Positions 22,021 to 36,037 of a DNA stretch of 64,000 nucleotides are shown here, piece by piece. The stretch spans positions 27,404,001-27,468,000 of the forward strand of contig CM022665.1 of NCBI GenBank assembly GCA_012295275.1. The letters run 5' to 3'. Both the position numbers and the translations under genes were made by a program. Every line of letters starts with the position of its first letter. The first letter of the stretch is position 1. A model generated the notes under the pieces. It was not told the DNA's origin, did no database searches, and worked only from the letters and a program-made list of their open reading frames with translations. This stretch comes from Chrysomallon squamiferum (taxonomy: Eukaryota; Animalia; Mollusca).

Positions 22021-25000
22021 ATTTGGGATATATTTATAGATAAGAATTTATTTTTATTTTAAATTCATTTTCTTTTGTTCTCTTAATTTTCTTATAACTG
22101 TCCTTTTTGCCTTTACTTTTGCAGACAAAATGTTTTCAAACTGGATTGTGAATGACTTATGTATTCACAGGCAAAAGACATTTTCTCAACTAATTTGTTA
22201 AGCAAGATTGCCTTCAAACCCAATGTTATTTGCATACAAATAGCATTAAAATTAAAGTTTTGAATGATTGTCTTTTCTGCTCAGTACCTCTGGGTTACAG
22301 TATGAATAATTAAGCTGATGTCATGAAAGTGTTGGAATTTTTAAGTATATGACAAAAATGTATTTTAAAACATTTTACAAGCTTAATCTTTGGACCTAGC
22401 TCCAAGAACCTGAAACATTTTGTACATTAATGTTTTATATTTCTATTACCTGGATTCATCAAACTTTTATTGCTCTTCTTATAAAGGAGCATCACTACAT
22501 AATTCTCAAATAACATCCCAAAATACAAATCTGCAATTACAGCTTTATTCTGAAACAAGTTTAAAAAATACTTGGATTATTTTTTATTTTTTTATTTTTT
22601 TTTAAATTAATGTTACAAAAAGAAACTTGTATTTATATTTTTATAGTTTCTTCTGTAAATCTGAGAGATCTGGGATTTCTCTCAGCTTACAACCTACATC
22701 GGCGTTTGGTACTCCAGAAATTACGGGATTAATTGTAATAAAATCTATAACATGCTACACGTTTTTAGAAGAAAATCTTTAGCCAGAAAATGAAATATGT
22801 TCAGGATTTTGAATTCTTTATTATTTTATTTTTTTAAATTTTCTAAATTTTATTTATTATGATTACTTTTTTAATTAATTTTCTTTTTTTTATTTTTGGC
22901 CAAAAATTGTTCCAAGTTGTTTTATAAAACTGCTATTCAAAAAACCACATGGGAATGTTTGAATTTTTTCAGTTTCTGGTTATATGATGTTGCAAGTTGC
23001 TACAAGATAAACTGCTAGCCAAAATGAAACTTTTGTTGTTGTTGGTTGTGGTGGTGGTGGTAGTGGTGCTGTTTTCATGATTAAACAGTTATAAATAATT
23101 TTTGACATACAGAGAAAATTCAAATTTGAGAGGTAACTTGTACATAAACCACACACACACACACACACACACACAAATCACAAATGCTAATATAAAATTT
23201 TTAAAAAATATGAAGAAAATAAATAATAGAAATAATAAAAAGAACAAGAGGGAAAAAAAAAAAAATGGGTAAAAAAATGAAAGAGAAAGAAGCCAGATGA
23301 AACTAAAAAAAGAAAAAAAAAGTCTAGATATGTCGCGTATGTCATCAGCAGTCCTGTTCCAGCCATTGAGAAAATTTACACAGAATTGATCAGGCTGTAA
23401 ATGGAATTGCTATTTGTTATTTTCTTTTGATAAAAGAGTGACAATTGTTGTGCAATACTTTGTACAGAAAAACACACCATAATGACACACAAAAAACAGG
23501 AAAAGAAAAGAAAAACATTTTTAAAACAACAACAAAAAGAAACATGAACTGTATTTGCCGTTTTCTCTCAAGTCTTTTAACAGTTTCTGAACTCAGAGTG
23601 CTTTGTCTACTGTTAAATTTTTTAACATTCTCTTGAAGTTTTTCTTTCTCTTCGTTTCTTTTACTCCCTACAGATTAAAAAGAGTGCAAAGACCACAACT
23701 TCTTAAATAGTCATTTTTATTTTTTTGATTTTCCCAGTGAACATTATCATACCTAGCTGTTTCCTCTTCATCATCCTGAGATGAAACAGAGAGATATGTT
23801 GGTCCAGAATTTAAAGAAAACAGATTTGACTGCAACAAAAATTGTTTAACATCCACCTTCTTGAATACAGAAAAGAAAATGCCATGAATTATGACAAATA
23901 AGTTAAGGAGCATTGTCTAGAATGAGATACAGCCTAACACAAGTGTTACACAGGATTGATCCACTGACTTCACAATCAGTATTACTGAAACAGATTTCAT
24001 ATGGATTAAATTAAAATCTTTTGCAACTTCAACATTATCTGTTACATGCAGTTAACAACTTGGGAAATTTCATGCACACTTTCCCAAAGAGTTCTCGTAA
24101 AATGTTACATGTTTACAATTAAAAACAAATATAATGCTAATAGTATAATCAGTTTGTGACGCAGATACAGTTGATTTCGCATACTTTTTCAGCTGGAGAG
24201 AAAAAGTTGTCTGTATTCAACAAGTTTTTGTCATTAGAAAATAACTAAAAGAAATTACACAAAAACATAAAATACAACAGTGTCTGGTTCATGGGTGGGA
24301 GCATTTCATAAGGAATTTGGTTTTTCCACAATTTACTAATTTTTCTCTATTTCATTCTGTTTCCGATTTTCTTTTTGTTCATCCACAGGCATGCGATTCA
24401 GGGATGGTAGAGGAAAAACATTCAGGAAAGTTTTGAAAAGCAAGAAGAATGTGTAATTTGTGTTTTTATTTGGGAAAATCAACTATCATATTTCCCTCTT
24501 AACCCTTGAATCTCCATACACACATCTTCATCATATTCTTTATTTATTTATTCCTTAATAATTTAAACTTTGTGTACAAAACAAGAATTCACCATCAGAA
24601 AGTTACATATGTACCGTTATTTATCAGTCAACTTTCTTGTATACAAATATGATTCTCCATAAAACTTGTTAAATTAAAAACAGTTAACTAAAGCGAATGA
24701 AAAGCATATTAAAAAATAATTTATTGATGTGAAAAATTAATGTCTGTTTATTTTTATCATCAGAAAATTGAGACGAAAACAGAATAATGAAATCTTAAAA
24801 TTAATGTTAAATGCCTAAACCACTTTTCTAAAGAATCTGTGTGGATCCAGCTTTCAATAATTTGTGACGGCATGTTTAACTTTTATGATAAATGTAATTA
24901 TATATATATATATATATATATAATTTTTTAAAAACATCAATGAAAAAAATTCTCTTTCTGTTTTTCAAATAAAACAATAATAAAAAGGAATGTAAAAAAG

Positions 25001-27553
25001 ATAAAAGGTGCAATGCCGCGTAACGGAGTCCCCCCCCCAACCGACACACCCACCTGCAATCCGCCTTGAGACAAACACTGATTCATTCAAAAAATTACAG
25101 GATGTATGCAGTCACCAAGCCCTCAGTTATTGTCTAGACATAAATGCTTTAATAATCAGTTAAGTAACCCCCCTCCCAACCTCATAACGCCTATGCTGCG
25201 ATGGTTTTTGAAAAATTAACGCTAAACCGGGTGAAAATAACCAGTAATAAAATTAAGGAAGTAACGAGGAATCGATTTGCCTGTCAGAGTAATCAAACCG
25301 TTATTAGTTGGTTACACAATGTCGTTGAGCAAAACAAATGGGACAGCGAAACACTGGTCTATTGTCTAGGGAAACCGTCTTCAAAAGAACAGCGGCACGC
25401 GGCACTCTTCCGTGTCATTTAACTGCAGAAAGTTGGCGCCACTAGCTAATGGCGTAAAGTGGGCACGCGCGTCTCGGTGCAGAAAAATAATATATTTCTA
25501 TGGAAAACCATTAAATCAACTTTAAAGTTTTCCACAGATGCTATTGTGATGTCATGATACCAATAATTTATGCTCCAATAAACGGATATCGTAAACAAAG
25601 CGACTACATGAGAAAACACAATACGGAAATTATAGGAAATAATTTTTTGCAGTAAATATTTTGCATTGTTCACCCGTGACTGTACGTTGACATAATCTGC
25701 TAACGTTGATCTATGCCACACAAAACAAAACTCAGAAAGACTGTTTAGCTATTACTTAAACAAGCAGCAAAACAGGAAAGACCTTTTTATCTTGGCATGA
25801 CATTACCGTAACCTCTGACACAGATTAATACGGTGACATGTGACTGCACGATCAAAGTGTATTAAAAATACAATTTAAAAAAACATAATTATAGTTAGAT
25901 TTATCAAAGGATAAAGGAGACAGAGCTCGGGATTCGTTTCAGGAACTCAGGTTTCTTGCCCACGATTATTACAGTTTTATTGAAAATAATCAAATTCACT
26001 AGAAAAGAACTGGTTTAAACCTGATATGCATTTTTAATTCAGGTCTCTATAGCTTCGGAACACTTGTACCTGTCAGTTTAAAACGTGAGCATAACTGCAC
26101 CGATATTTAATGATAAACCTGTTTAAAAGCTATACAGTTTCAATTACTGTGCTTCTGTATTTGTCATTTTCAAAACAAATATATGCTTATGTTTAATATG
26201 ACGTTCTTATCCAAATACGTCTACTTCAAACTGGATTAGAAATATTTCCGAATTTTAAATTAATATTCACTGTATTATGCAATCACACATATACGTCTGA
26301 CTGACTGTCTACATATATAGATAAATAAATAATATTGAAATCCTTCATAAGAAGACGCCGCAAATTAGAAAAAAGTCAGAATTCATTCGACGGCACCAAA
26401 CTCTCATTTTGTACATTAAAACATTTCTATTTATTTCACGTACTTAGTTAACAAATCCAGTCGAAGAGCTTTTGGCAACATCGTCCAAAGGTTAAGAAAC
26501 TCTCTGACGTGTTGCTAATACCTTACTGACATGTGAAGCGCGGTGATAAATCATGTCCATGTTTCTTGCAGTCTACGTCCTAGACATTGTGTCTTGCATG
26601 GAAAACCATAAGACATGTAAAGACGTAATGAATATGCTGTAGAATGATAAACTATGACTCGAAACTGTCTGCAGTTTGCTTCAGTACAAGAATTCCGAAA
26701 CAACAGTAGAGTCTGGCGAGATAGTTTTTAATCTGTGTTTGTCAGACTGATCGTAGATCTTTCCTATTTGCTGTATTAAGAAGAAACGGCAGGAAAGAGA
26801 AGGGGGAGGGGAAATCCATTTCTGATATCTTTATTAAATACACACTGTGATAAATGCTGTAACTTAAGGGAAAAGCTTTCATGCAATAAATGTGTAGTTA
26901 TTCGTGATTTATTATGATTATTATTTCTGTAATAAAAAGAAGAAGGAAAATAACAAAAAAGAAAAAGATTATTATGACTAATTTAAGACATTAGAATCTT
27001 GTTTTTAACTTTAAAGATGATATGAACAAATCTCGATTTCTTTCAAGATCTTTGTAGTTTTCATTTGCTATCGCTCTCAAACTCTCTCTCTTTCTCTCGT
27101 TCTCTCTCTCTCTCTCTCTGTACGTGCGTATGTGTGTATATGTAAAGCGTCTCTATGTTTGTGTCTATATTACAAATTATGTTCAAATTACACAAAGATC
27201 GACAAGTCACGTAATCTATATCACCGACGAGATATTTTATCATCGTCATAATCATTTTCGTCATTATAGTTCTGATAATCATATTAAACTGCCAACTGCT
27301 TTTTCTAAAGACGTTAAAATTGTGCCCCGTGGAAACTTATTTCCACAAGGAAAAATAATTAAGTATTTAATATTCATTCTCTAACCAAGGCGAGTTCTGT
27401 TTCACGCTTCCACCATTTTATCACCATCATCATGGTCCTCATCAACATCATCATCATCATATGTAATGGAAATCCTTTTATCTTAAACTTTAAATCATAC
27501 ATACATGAAAGGCTTCATTTTTATTTTTATTTATTTACAATTTATTTATTTAC

Positions 27554-27622
<69 letters not shown>

Positions 27623-27823
27623 CTCTGATTCACATGTGCAGCTTAAACAAATCTCAGGATTTAATTTCTCCTTCGTCCGCTACAGTGCATAAACTCTTTT
27701 AGGCTAATTTTATTAGTTTTTAAAAATCAAAAATCAATAATGAAATTTCTTGGAAAACACATTACTGTTTTATTACCGTCTATGAAATTCATTTTATTTT
27801 ATTTCTCTCTTCCTGTCCTCTAC

Positions 27824-27918
27824 ATTATATTATATTATATTATATTATATTATATTATATTATATTATATTATATTATATTATATTATATTATATTATGT
27901 TATATTATATTACATTAT
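27824..27918 (+). repeat. (ATATT)n pentanucleotide microsatellite
   Basis: Direct reading of the sequence. Confidence 0.95.
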
Positions 27919-27990
27919 ACAGGAAGAGAATGGTTAAAGTATAAAGTTTATGTACAGAATAAAAATGATAAAATTTGAAAATAGTGTTAA

Positions 27991-28102
<112 letters not shown>

Positions 28103-29341
28103 TTTGATTAATTTGTTAAAAGAAACGACAACAGGAACAGAAAATATTTCGTCAATCATGCATTTTATTTTTTTTTTTTTCGTCACAGTGCATAGCTCAT
28201 CACAATAGTTTTTACACATATCATTTGCACTTGAATTTTCTCCGTCTACGTCCTAATTTATGAAGACCGAATTTTTCTTCCGGAACGGTATTTCTTCTTA
28301 ATCAGAGTTATTTGGAAACGCCAGTGAAAAGTCCGTCACGGAATTACCCGAGTTAGATGAATGCGAACTGTCATAGGAGGCTCCATACTTTTCGCGGTTC
28401 TTGTTTTACGAGCAAAGTCTTAATTAATTCCAAACGAAATCTGCACATGATGATACAGGCCGGGTGACGGATGGCCAAACTATGATGTGATTATTACAAT
28501 TTATAAAATTAGGCCTTGCCTGTGTGTACAGTGCGGCAGATTTATGAGGGGTCACCAAAGGCCATGTTCAGCATTTCAGCAAGAGCAGCTCCAAGTGATT
28601 TTGATACACTCGAGCTCACTCTTGACGTTTTCTAAAGAACCGAGTCTTATATTTATTATTATGATTATTATTATTATATGTGATTAATAATTAAAATATG
28701 TAATGTTATATGTGATATCCGGTAATGAACGTACATATATATATATACAAGTTAATCTTTCAAAAAATGAACCGTTGTTTTATTATTATTTTTTTATTAT
28801 TATTATTTTTTTTGCTGTTGTCATGTGTGTATGTTTGTGTGTTTACATCCGGGCGTGTTCGTATTTGTCTGTCAACAGAAATTTTTTTGAAAAAAAAAAA
28901 TTAAATGACTTTGAAACGTTAATGACAAATTAATTTGCACGTTTTGACTTCAGCTGCGCCCAGATTGATCAACTTTTATGACACAATAATAAACACAGTC
29001 ACGATTCTGTTTTACTTGTACAACGACACAAACACGCAACCACCACAAAGACTAAAATAAAATATATATATACACGCATAAACTTACGTCCATAATAGAC
29101 AAACGAACGCACTGAACCTATGCTTGTCCAATATCACAGATACTTTCGTATTTAACTAAAAACTTTTATATAGACATACATATTTACATATGTAGACAGA
29201 TATACATTGCATATACATGATTCACATATGTAATGTACAGTTATACTTACTTATATAGTTATATAGTCATGTAAATGTACACACACAGACGCACAGACAT
29301 ATATATATATATATATATTTGTTACACAAACACACTGCCAT

Positions 29342-29344
<3 letters not shown>

Positions 29345-29407
<63 letters not shown>
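29345..29407 (+). repeat. Compound (TA)n(CA)n microsatellite
   Basis: Direct reading of the sequence. Confidence 0.9.
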
Positions 29408-29410
<3 letters not shown>

Positions 29411-31108
29411 ATATATGCAGTCGTACTTATATAGTTTTATATTCATACAGACACACACACACATAGGATAAAAGAATAAGAATAGATATAACAAATTCTG
29501 TTTACGAATTCAAAACTGTTCAGGGCCACGACAATGAGTCACATAACACAATACCTTCTGAATACAGCCAGGTACATATTTTTTCAATCAAACCTTCAAC
29601 GTATCTAAACCCTCACGACCACATCTGCCAAAACAAAACTATTGCAACAGTTTATTATTGTCTTTTGAATGTAAGCAAACACCAAATATACAACACTGCA
29701 CATCATCCTGTTTGGTTTGCACGTGCTTCTTCCTGAAGAGAGATGCTTGTTTATGACAAAAACCCACACTTTTATTTTGTTTCTTTTTTCTGGGGAAACT
29801 TTCAAGTAATCCCGTGTCTAGACAGAACTTAATATCATCCGATAAATATAACCAGATTTAATGTCAAAATATTTGCACTGCATGTATACAGGTAAACAGA
29901 TTTCATTGAGTTTTGTGATGGAATGGAACAGTAGAGAACAGAAACTATTGTCATTGTTCCAGTAAAAGACAAATATAGTCACCAGTACAATGTTAAAATC
30001 GTGACGAAATGTATTTTGAAACTGTTATTCTTACCTAAAATAAATAAGGGAAGGAATAGGTGCAGTAAAACAATCGTATGTATTGTACCAACCACAAATA
30101 ATCACTCTTTATGTAGTGCATTTGTAGTGCTTTTCTTAGATAGAACAGAAAAACCCCGAAAAAAACAACAACAAAATTAAAAATCTAAGAATATTGTTAT
30201 ATCATTTATAGAAAAATATTAACTATCATAGATAAAGATAGAACAAGTGAATATAAGTAAAACGAATGTAACCAATGAAAGTGTGAAATTAGAGTAACTA
30301 ACAGTGTGATAACCTCAACGATTCATTTAACTGATCAAGACATCAAATTCAGTTTAACAATACGTACGGCAGATGGCAGTTATTTATTTTAATCAGAGGA
30401 ACACACTGTGTGAAGTCTGCATAGGTGAATAGCTCGACTTGTTAGCTTTAGTGAGCTTATACGAATGTTACCGAGTAACATAAACACAGACGATTGGTTA
30501 TTGCGTTCAGTCTTCCATTCCTAGGTAAATATTAGCCAAGTTCTTACATGTTTTAATTCGCAATCCTAACACATTCGTAGGCAGACAGTTCATGACGCTG
30601 GATGCTAACCCAAATGAATATAAGCACACAATTATATTGGGTGCAATATTGGCAATTTCGATTAGAAGCTGGTTAGTCGATAGAGTGATTTCATTAGAAT
30701 AGGTCGTTCAAGTATTTGTAGTGTGTTGCGGTGTCTGTGGAGTTTTATGTAGAAGATATTGGTTTGTTAGAGTATGTACGTGTCAGTATACTGGGAATAC
30801 GAAGAGGGAGTGTACTGTTTGATAGATGAAAGTTATTAATTAGTCTTGTCCATCAATGGTCAATCCATCTTTCCATCGACCCTCTCCAACTTCCATTCTT
30901 ATTCTGACTTAATAGTCCATCCTCTAGATATTGATGTATACCGGCTGATCAATGTATGGATCTTTCTATCTTTCATTCCTGAACATTTTATTGATCTTTC
31001 TATCCATCCATCCATTTATGTGCCAGCATCTTATTTTCAAACTTCATCCACTATTCATGAATTGAAACTTACACAACATGTAGCTGTGTCTCAGTTAATC
31101 AGTGAATC

Positions 31109-31110
<2 letters not shown>

Positions 31111-31184
<74 letters not shown>
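31111..31184 (+). repeat. (CT)n microsatellite
   Basis: Direct reading of the sequence. Confidence 0.95.
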
Positions 31185-31188
<4 letters not shown>

Positions 31189-31772
31189 TTATATGCTTAC
31201 CGTAGAGTTCGTTTTAAAGTACTACTTTCGCAATATAAAGTAACTAAAGGCCCGTACATCAACAACACATCACTCTTGTGCTACATATGAACTTGAATTC
31301 TGCACACTCGAGGGAACATTGGCAGCTGGTCGGGCACACGCCCTTTCACTCAGAATAGTGTATTATTTCCAGAATGTAGTTTCCTTTTGTTTCGTGTGCT
31401 TGATATTGTTGCCATCAATGCCCCTTTAATGCCGCGCAGTGGCAGTTTGTTTGGTACGTCAGCGACATGCGAACCTCATGGCGGGAGTAAATATACACAG
31501 GTAATTGACAAGTCAGTGTTTTGTTTCGATTCAGACACTCCAGCTATTGTCTCATCTGTCAGTGAGAAAAATGCCAATTATAATCGTTTCTAAGGAAAAG
31601 AAAAAATAATCTTTGTTTAACAATACACCATGTTTAGCAGTTAGTTTTAAATGATGGGACAGTTAATGCCAGTCGTTGTCCGAATGAAAGTAAGAAATTT
31701 TCGTGAGCATTTTAATTTATTTTATTTTATTTTTATTTTTATTTTTATTTTTTTAAATTAATTAATTTATTA

Positions 31773-31803
<31 letters not shown>

Positions 31804-31980
31804 TTATTATTTTTTATTTTTTTTATTTTTTTTTTTATTTATTTTTTTACGGGTAGGGAATGCATTATTGTTTCATACTGTAAAACGATACATACATGAA
31901 ATAAATTCCAAGATCTTATAAAAAGTGGAAACGGCGTCGTCTCTAACGTGAATATAATTTTAAATACTGAAGCGAGTTTC

Positions 31981-32011
<31 letters not shown>

Positions 32012-35000
32012 GAAAAAAAAAAGAAAAGAAAAAAAAAAAAAAAAAAAAAGGAAGAAAGTACTATGTATTTGCAGTCGTGTAAGAAAAAATGAGAATTACA
32101 ACACAATATTTACACAAAAAAAAAAAAAAAAAAAAAGAAAAAGTAAAAAATAAAAAATAATAAAAATAATAATAATAATAAAATAAAAATTAGGAAAAAG
32201 TAAACATGGAAGGAAAGTAAAAAGGCATTACTTATTATCGATTCAGCATTTGCCAAATGTCAAAGGATTCAGGAAATATCGAACGGAGTTCAGTTTGTGT
32301 AATATTGATTTAGTTTACTAATCATTATCTTCCTGTCTAATCTAAAAAAAAAAAAAAAAAAAAAGAAAGAAAGAAAAAAAGATGAGGATCGAATATAACT
32401 TAGAAATAAATTCAAATGTTTCATTTACTGAAATTCGATGTATTTCTGTCTCTCTGACTTGTCTCTTTTTAAGTGTCTGCGTGAGTGCGTGCGCGTGTGT
32501 GTTCAATGGCGCGCCCGCAACTTTAAAAAGGTACGCGCCCAGCCAATGTTTATTTTGCGTAAAACTCGATTATCAGTCAGTTCAGTGATTTGTTTAAAAA
32601 TAAAAAGTTTTCTTGAGTGCAGTCGCGTATGTGCGCGTCCCAAAGAACGCCATTGTGTCTGTATGTGTGTGTGTACGTATGTATTAACTAAAGCATAGTC
32701 GTATAGGTGTAATTTGATTATATATTTACTAATAATATAATTTAAAATTTTAATTACCTTTTGGAATTTTTATTTTAAATTTAACTTAAAAGCAATAGAA
32801 TGTGTTTATTTATTTGTTTAGTTGTTGTTGTTTTTTTGTTGTTGTTTTTTTAAATCTGTATATTGTAACACATTAAATATAATGAAACAGGCCAAGCTTG
32901 TTTAAAGTTGAATCACTGCTCAGATAAAAGATGGATAGTTAGACACTGATCGGCAGGAAGATAAATTGGTGGGTAGACAGACAGACAGATAGATAGATAG
33001 ACAGACACATATATAAAGGCATACAGGCGAACATTACTATATATAGGTGTATGTATGTGTGTATGTAAATTGAGGAACGAAAAGATATGAAAATAAAACT
33101 GTCGCTTATCTTTCACTGAACTGTATACATGAAAAGAAATAAGAAAATATATAATTTATAGGTAGACCAAAAGAAAAAAAGAAAAATAATAATAAAAAAA
33201 ATCATCACAGTCACTGTGTAGGAATACAGACACCGCTTTACCTCCCCTCATATACTGTACGTGAGCATAGAACTATATATTTTTTCAATTTGATTACAAA
33301 CCCAGATAAATATTTTTTTTTTTTTTTTTTTTTAAAAGACAGAAAAAAAAAAAAAAAAGAGAGAGAGAGAGGTTAACTGATCCATTTTCAAATCCCTTAA
33401 GTGAATTTTAACTGACAGAACATTGACAAGAAAAGAGAAAAATCGAGTTTGCTTTATCAGTGTTTTACATCATCTATAAACTGTTACAGATAACGGATTT
33501 GATCATTAAGCAATAATAATTGGGTTCACCATCTCGCTGTGGCTTTACAACTATCTTTCATATTACTACTGGGATTATATCAACCACTTCCATAGTGGGA
33601 ATATCCACAAATATCTGGATTTTTAACAAAATATCACATGTTGCTTCCCCAGGGAATAATAGCTGAGCTGTTTGCTTCTTTTAAAAACATGTTACGGTTA
33701 ATGGGTTTCTTTCATTTCCCACGTGAAACGCACAGTCTTTACAAGATTCCTCAGTTAATATATTTATATGTATATCTGTAAATAACGTAAATATATTTAG
33801 CAATATTAATTAGATTTTTTACATGGTTTGAGATACCTTTTAGAGGTCCCTTGGTAGTGGTTTAAAAAAAAATATATATAATTTGTACCTACGATAAACT
33901 GAGGAATTATTTTGATAGCTCATTCATGAACTTGTAAAAAAAACCTCTTCTTCCTTCCTCCCACACCAGATAGTAATATAAATATATATAAAGATTATTC
34001 AACAGACTCTGAGATATATATTCATAATAACTAGAATCAACCAGTTGTTATTACAGTCATATCGATGGTTTCTTGTCAAATACGTCCTCCAAAACATAGA
34101 CTGAAGGATACCTTGTAATAATTTTACCATCACATGCTTTGTTATTGGCAAAGACTGTTCTGACGTGACACTAAACTATCATAATAATCTCCTTGTCATA
34201 TTTTATTATTGCCAAAGACTGTATGGTATCTAGTTACTTAAAAAAAAATTTTTTTTAAATTAAAAAATCATTTTACAGTATTCAGTATATATTTAGTCTG
34301 TAAATAAGTACTCTTTAAATTAAAATGTATTAAAGCTGATTTTGTTTCTCCTGCAACTAACTTTTTCACAGCTAACGTAGTGATGTTAAAATTAAAATTT
34401 ATTTTAATGTAATTCCTCATGTGAACCATAAAATGATTTGTGCCAGAACTATCTTAATTATTGTTTGAAATATATGAAATTTAGAAATTCTTGTCTCAGA
34501 AATAATTTCTTCTTTTTGATACTAATAAACATGAATGATAAAAAAAAGTAAAACAACAAACAAAAAAACAACAACATAAAAACAAATAAATAACAAACCC
34601 AAGAATACCAATAAATATAACACAAGTTTATTTCTGTACTGATATCAAACTTTAGGAAACAGTTCATAAACACTACTTTGAATATTTATGAAGAAAATAA
34701 TTTTGTCTTTAAGAGTAAGAGAAAATGAATATGCACTTCCGTTTTTAAATATATTTTTAATGAGCACAAGAAGATTACAAAAATAGAAGATAGAGAAAAA
34801 CAGGAAGAAAGGAATAATGAACATAAAGGTAAAACTTTGGCTTGATCAATTACAATGATCTAAAATGATACACAGCTTGCTGTACAAAAGACATTGGAAG
34901 TAATATCACAGATAACAAAACTCTTGTACAACATTACAACGGACATCGTAAACACCATGCAACATATTAGAAAGAAGAAATATATTTTCGAAGTTTAAAC

Positions 35001-35124
35001 ACTTCTACAATCATCTGAAAAATGATTTTCAAAGTTTCTATTTTAGTTTATCCACGAAATGTATTAAAGAGTTTTTAAAACAAGTATGTTGGAACTTTTA
35101 TTAAAATCTGAAATTTTAAACATT

Positions 35125-36000
35125 TTAATCCTCGTCTTCTTCTTCGTCCTCAGCCTCCTCCATCTCTTCGGCAGCCTCAGCTGCTTCTTGTTGCGCTGCT
35201 CTTAAAGCAGCCTCCTCCTCGGGTGTGGGATCATCAGCTTCAGAGATCTCGCTGCCACTTGGGAACTCTTCCTGTACTGGAGGTGGTGGGGGTGGGCTGT
35301 AGTTCTCCTGTGAGTATTTGTGTCCAAAACCAATGTAGATGTTTTCAAATTTCCTGAAAAAAAAAAATAATAATAATAAAAAAAGAATTGCAGCAGTGTT
35401 AGTGATGAATATTAGATTAAAGTGTATCAGAGAAATTAAGTAACAATTATTTTTATATTGGTTGAATATAAGGGATTTCATGCAGCAATATGAAGTTATC
35501 CGGTAAAATATAGTGCAAAATGAATAATTTAATTCTGAATCTCTTAAATACTGAGGACAGTATACTGCTATCTAACCATGGCAGAAGTAGACCGGCAGAC
35601 ACTGTAATGGACTTGTGATACGATACACTGGAATATATATTATGATTTAATGCAATGTGATTATTATATTTACTTCTCAAATGCAAAAGCATGAGCTCCT
35701 GGCCACAGATTGGAATGCATGATTGCAATTGAGTACTGAGGAATCAGGTAGGAGGTTAGAGAAGGAGTCCAAGGAGACATTCCTGCAATCTCTTCATCCT
35801 CAGCCAAAGGAGTCAACAGTGGAGGACCAACTTCAGGCTCAGGTTCATCAGGTTCCTCACGGTCCTCTTCCTCATCTTCTTCTTCAAAATCATCCTCATT
35901 CTTTTGGACAGGATTCCACCATGAGCACCGACCCTGATAATAAATGTTATTTTAAATTTAACATTAAAATACAAATATAATTTTTATAAAACATAAAACA

Positions 36001-36037
<37 letters not shown>

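Noticed and set aside
25390-25410. GGCACGCGG resembling the miR-124 core
   Set aside because: The flanks do not match TAAGGCACGCGGTGAATGCC and there is no precursor hairpin.
26545-26620. Imperfect hairpin that could be a pre-miRNA
   Set aside because: The stem is short and heavily bulged, and I recognise no known mature miRNA in it.
35723-35980. Plus-strand 85-aa ORF
   Set aside because: Antisense shadow of RSPH4/6 exon 9.
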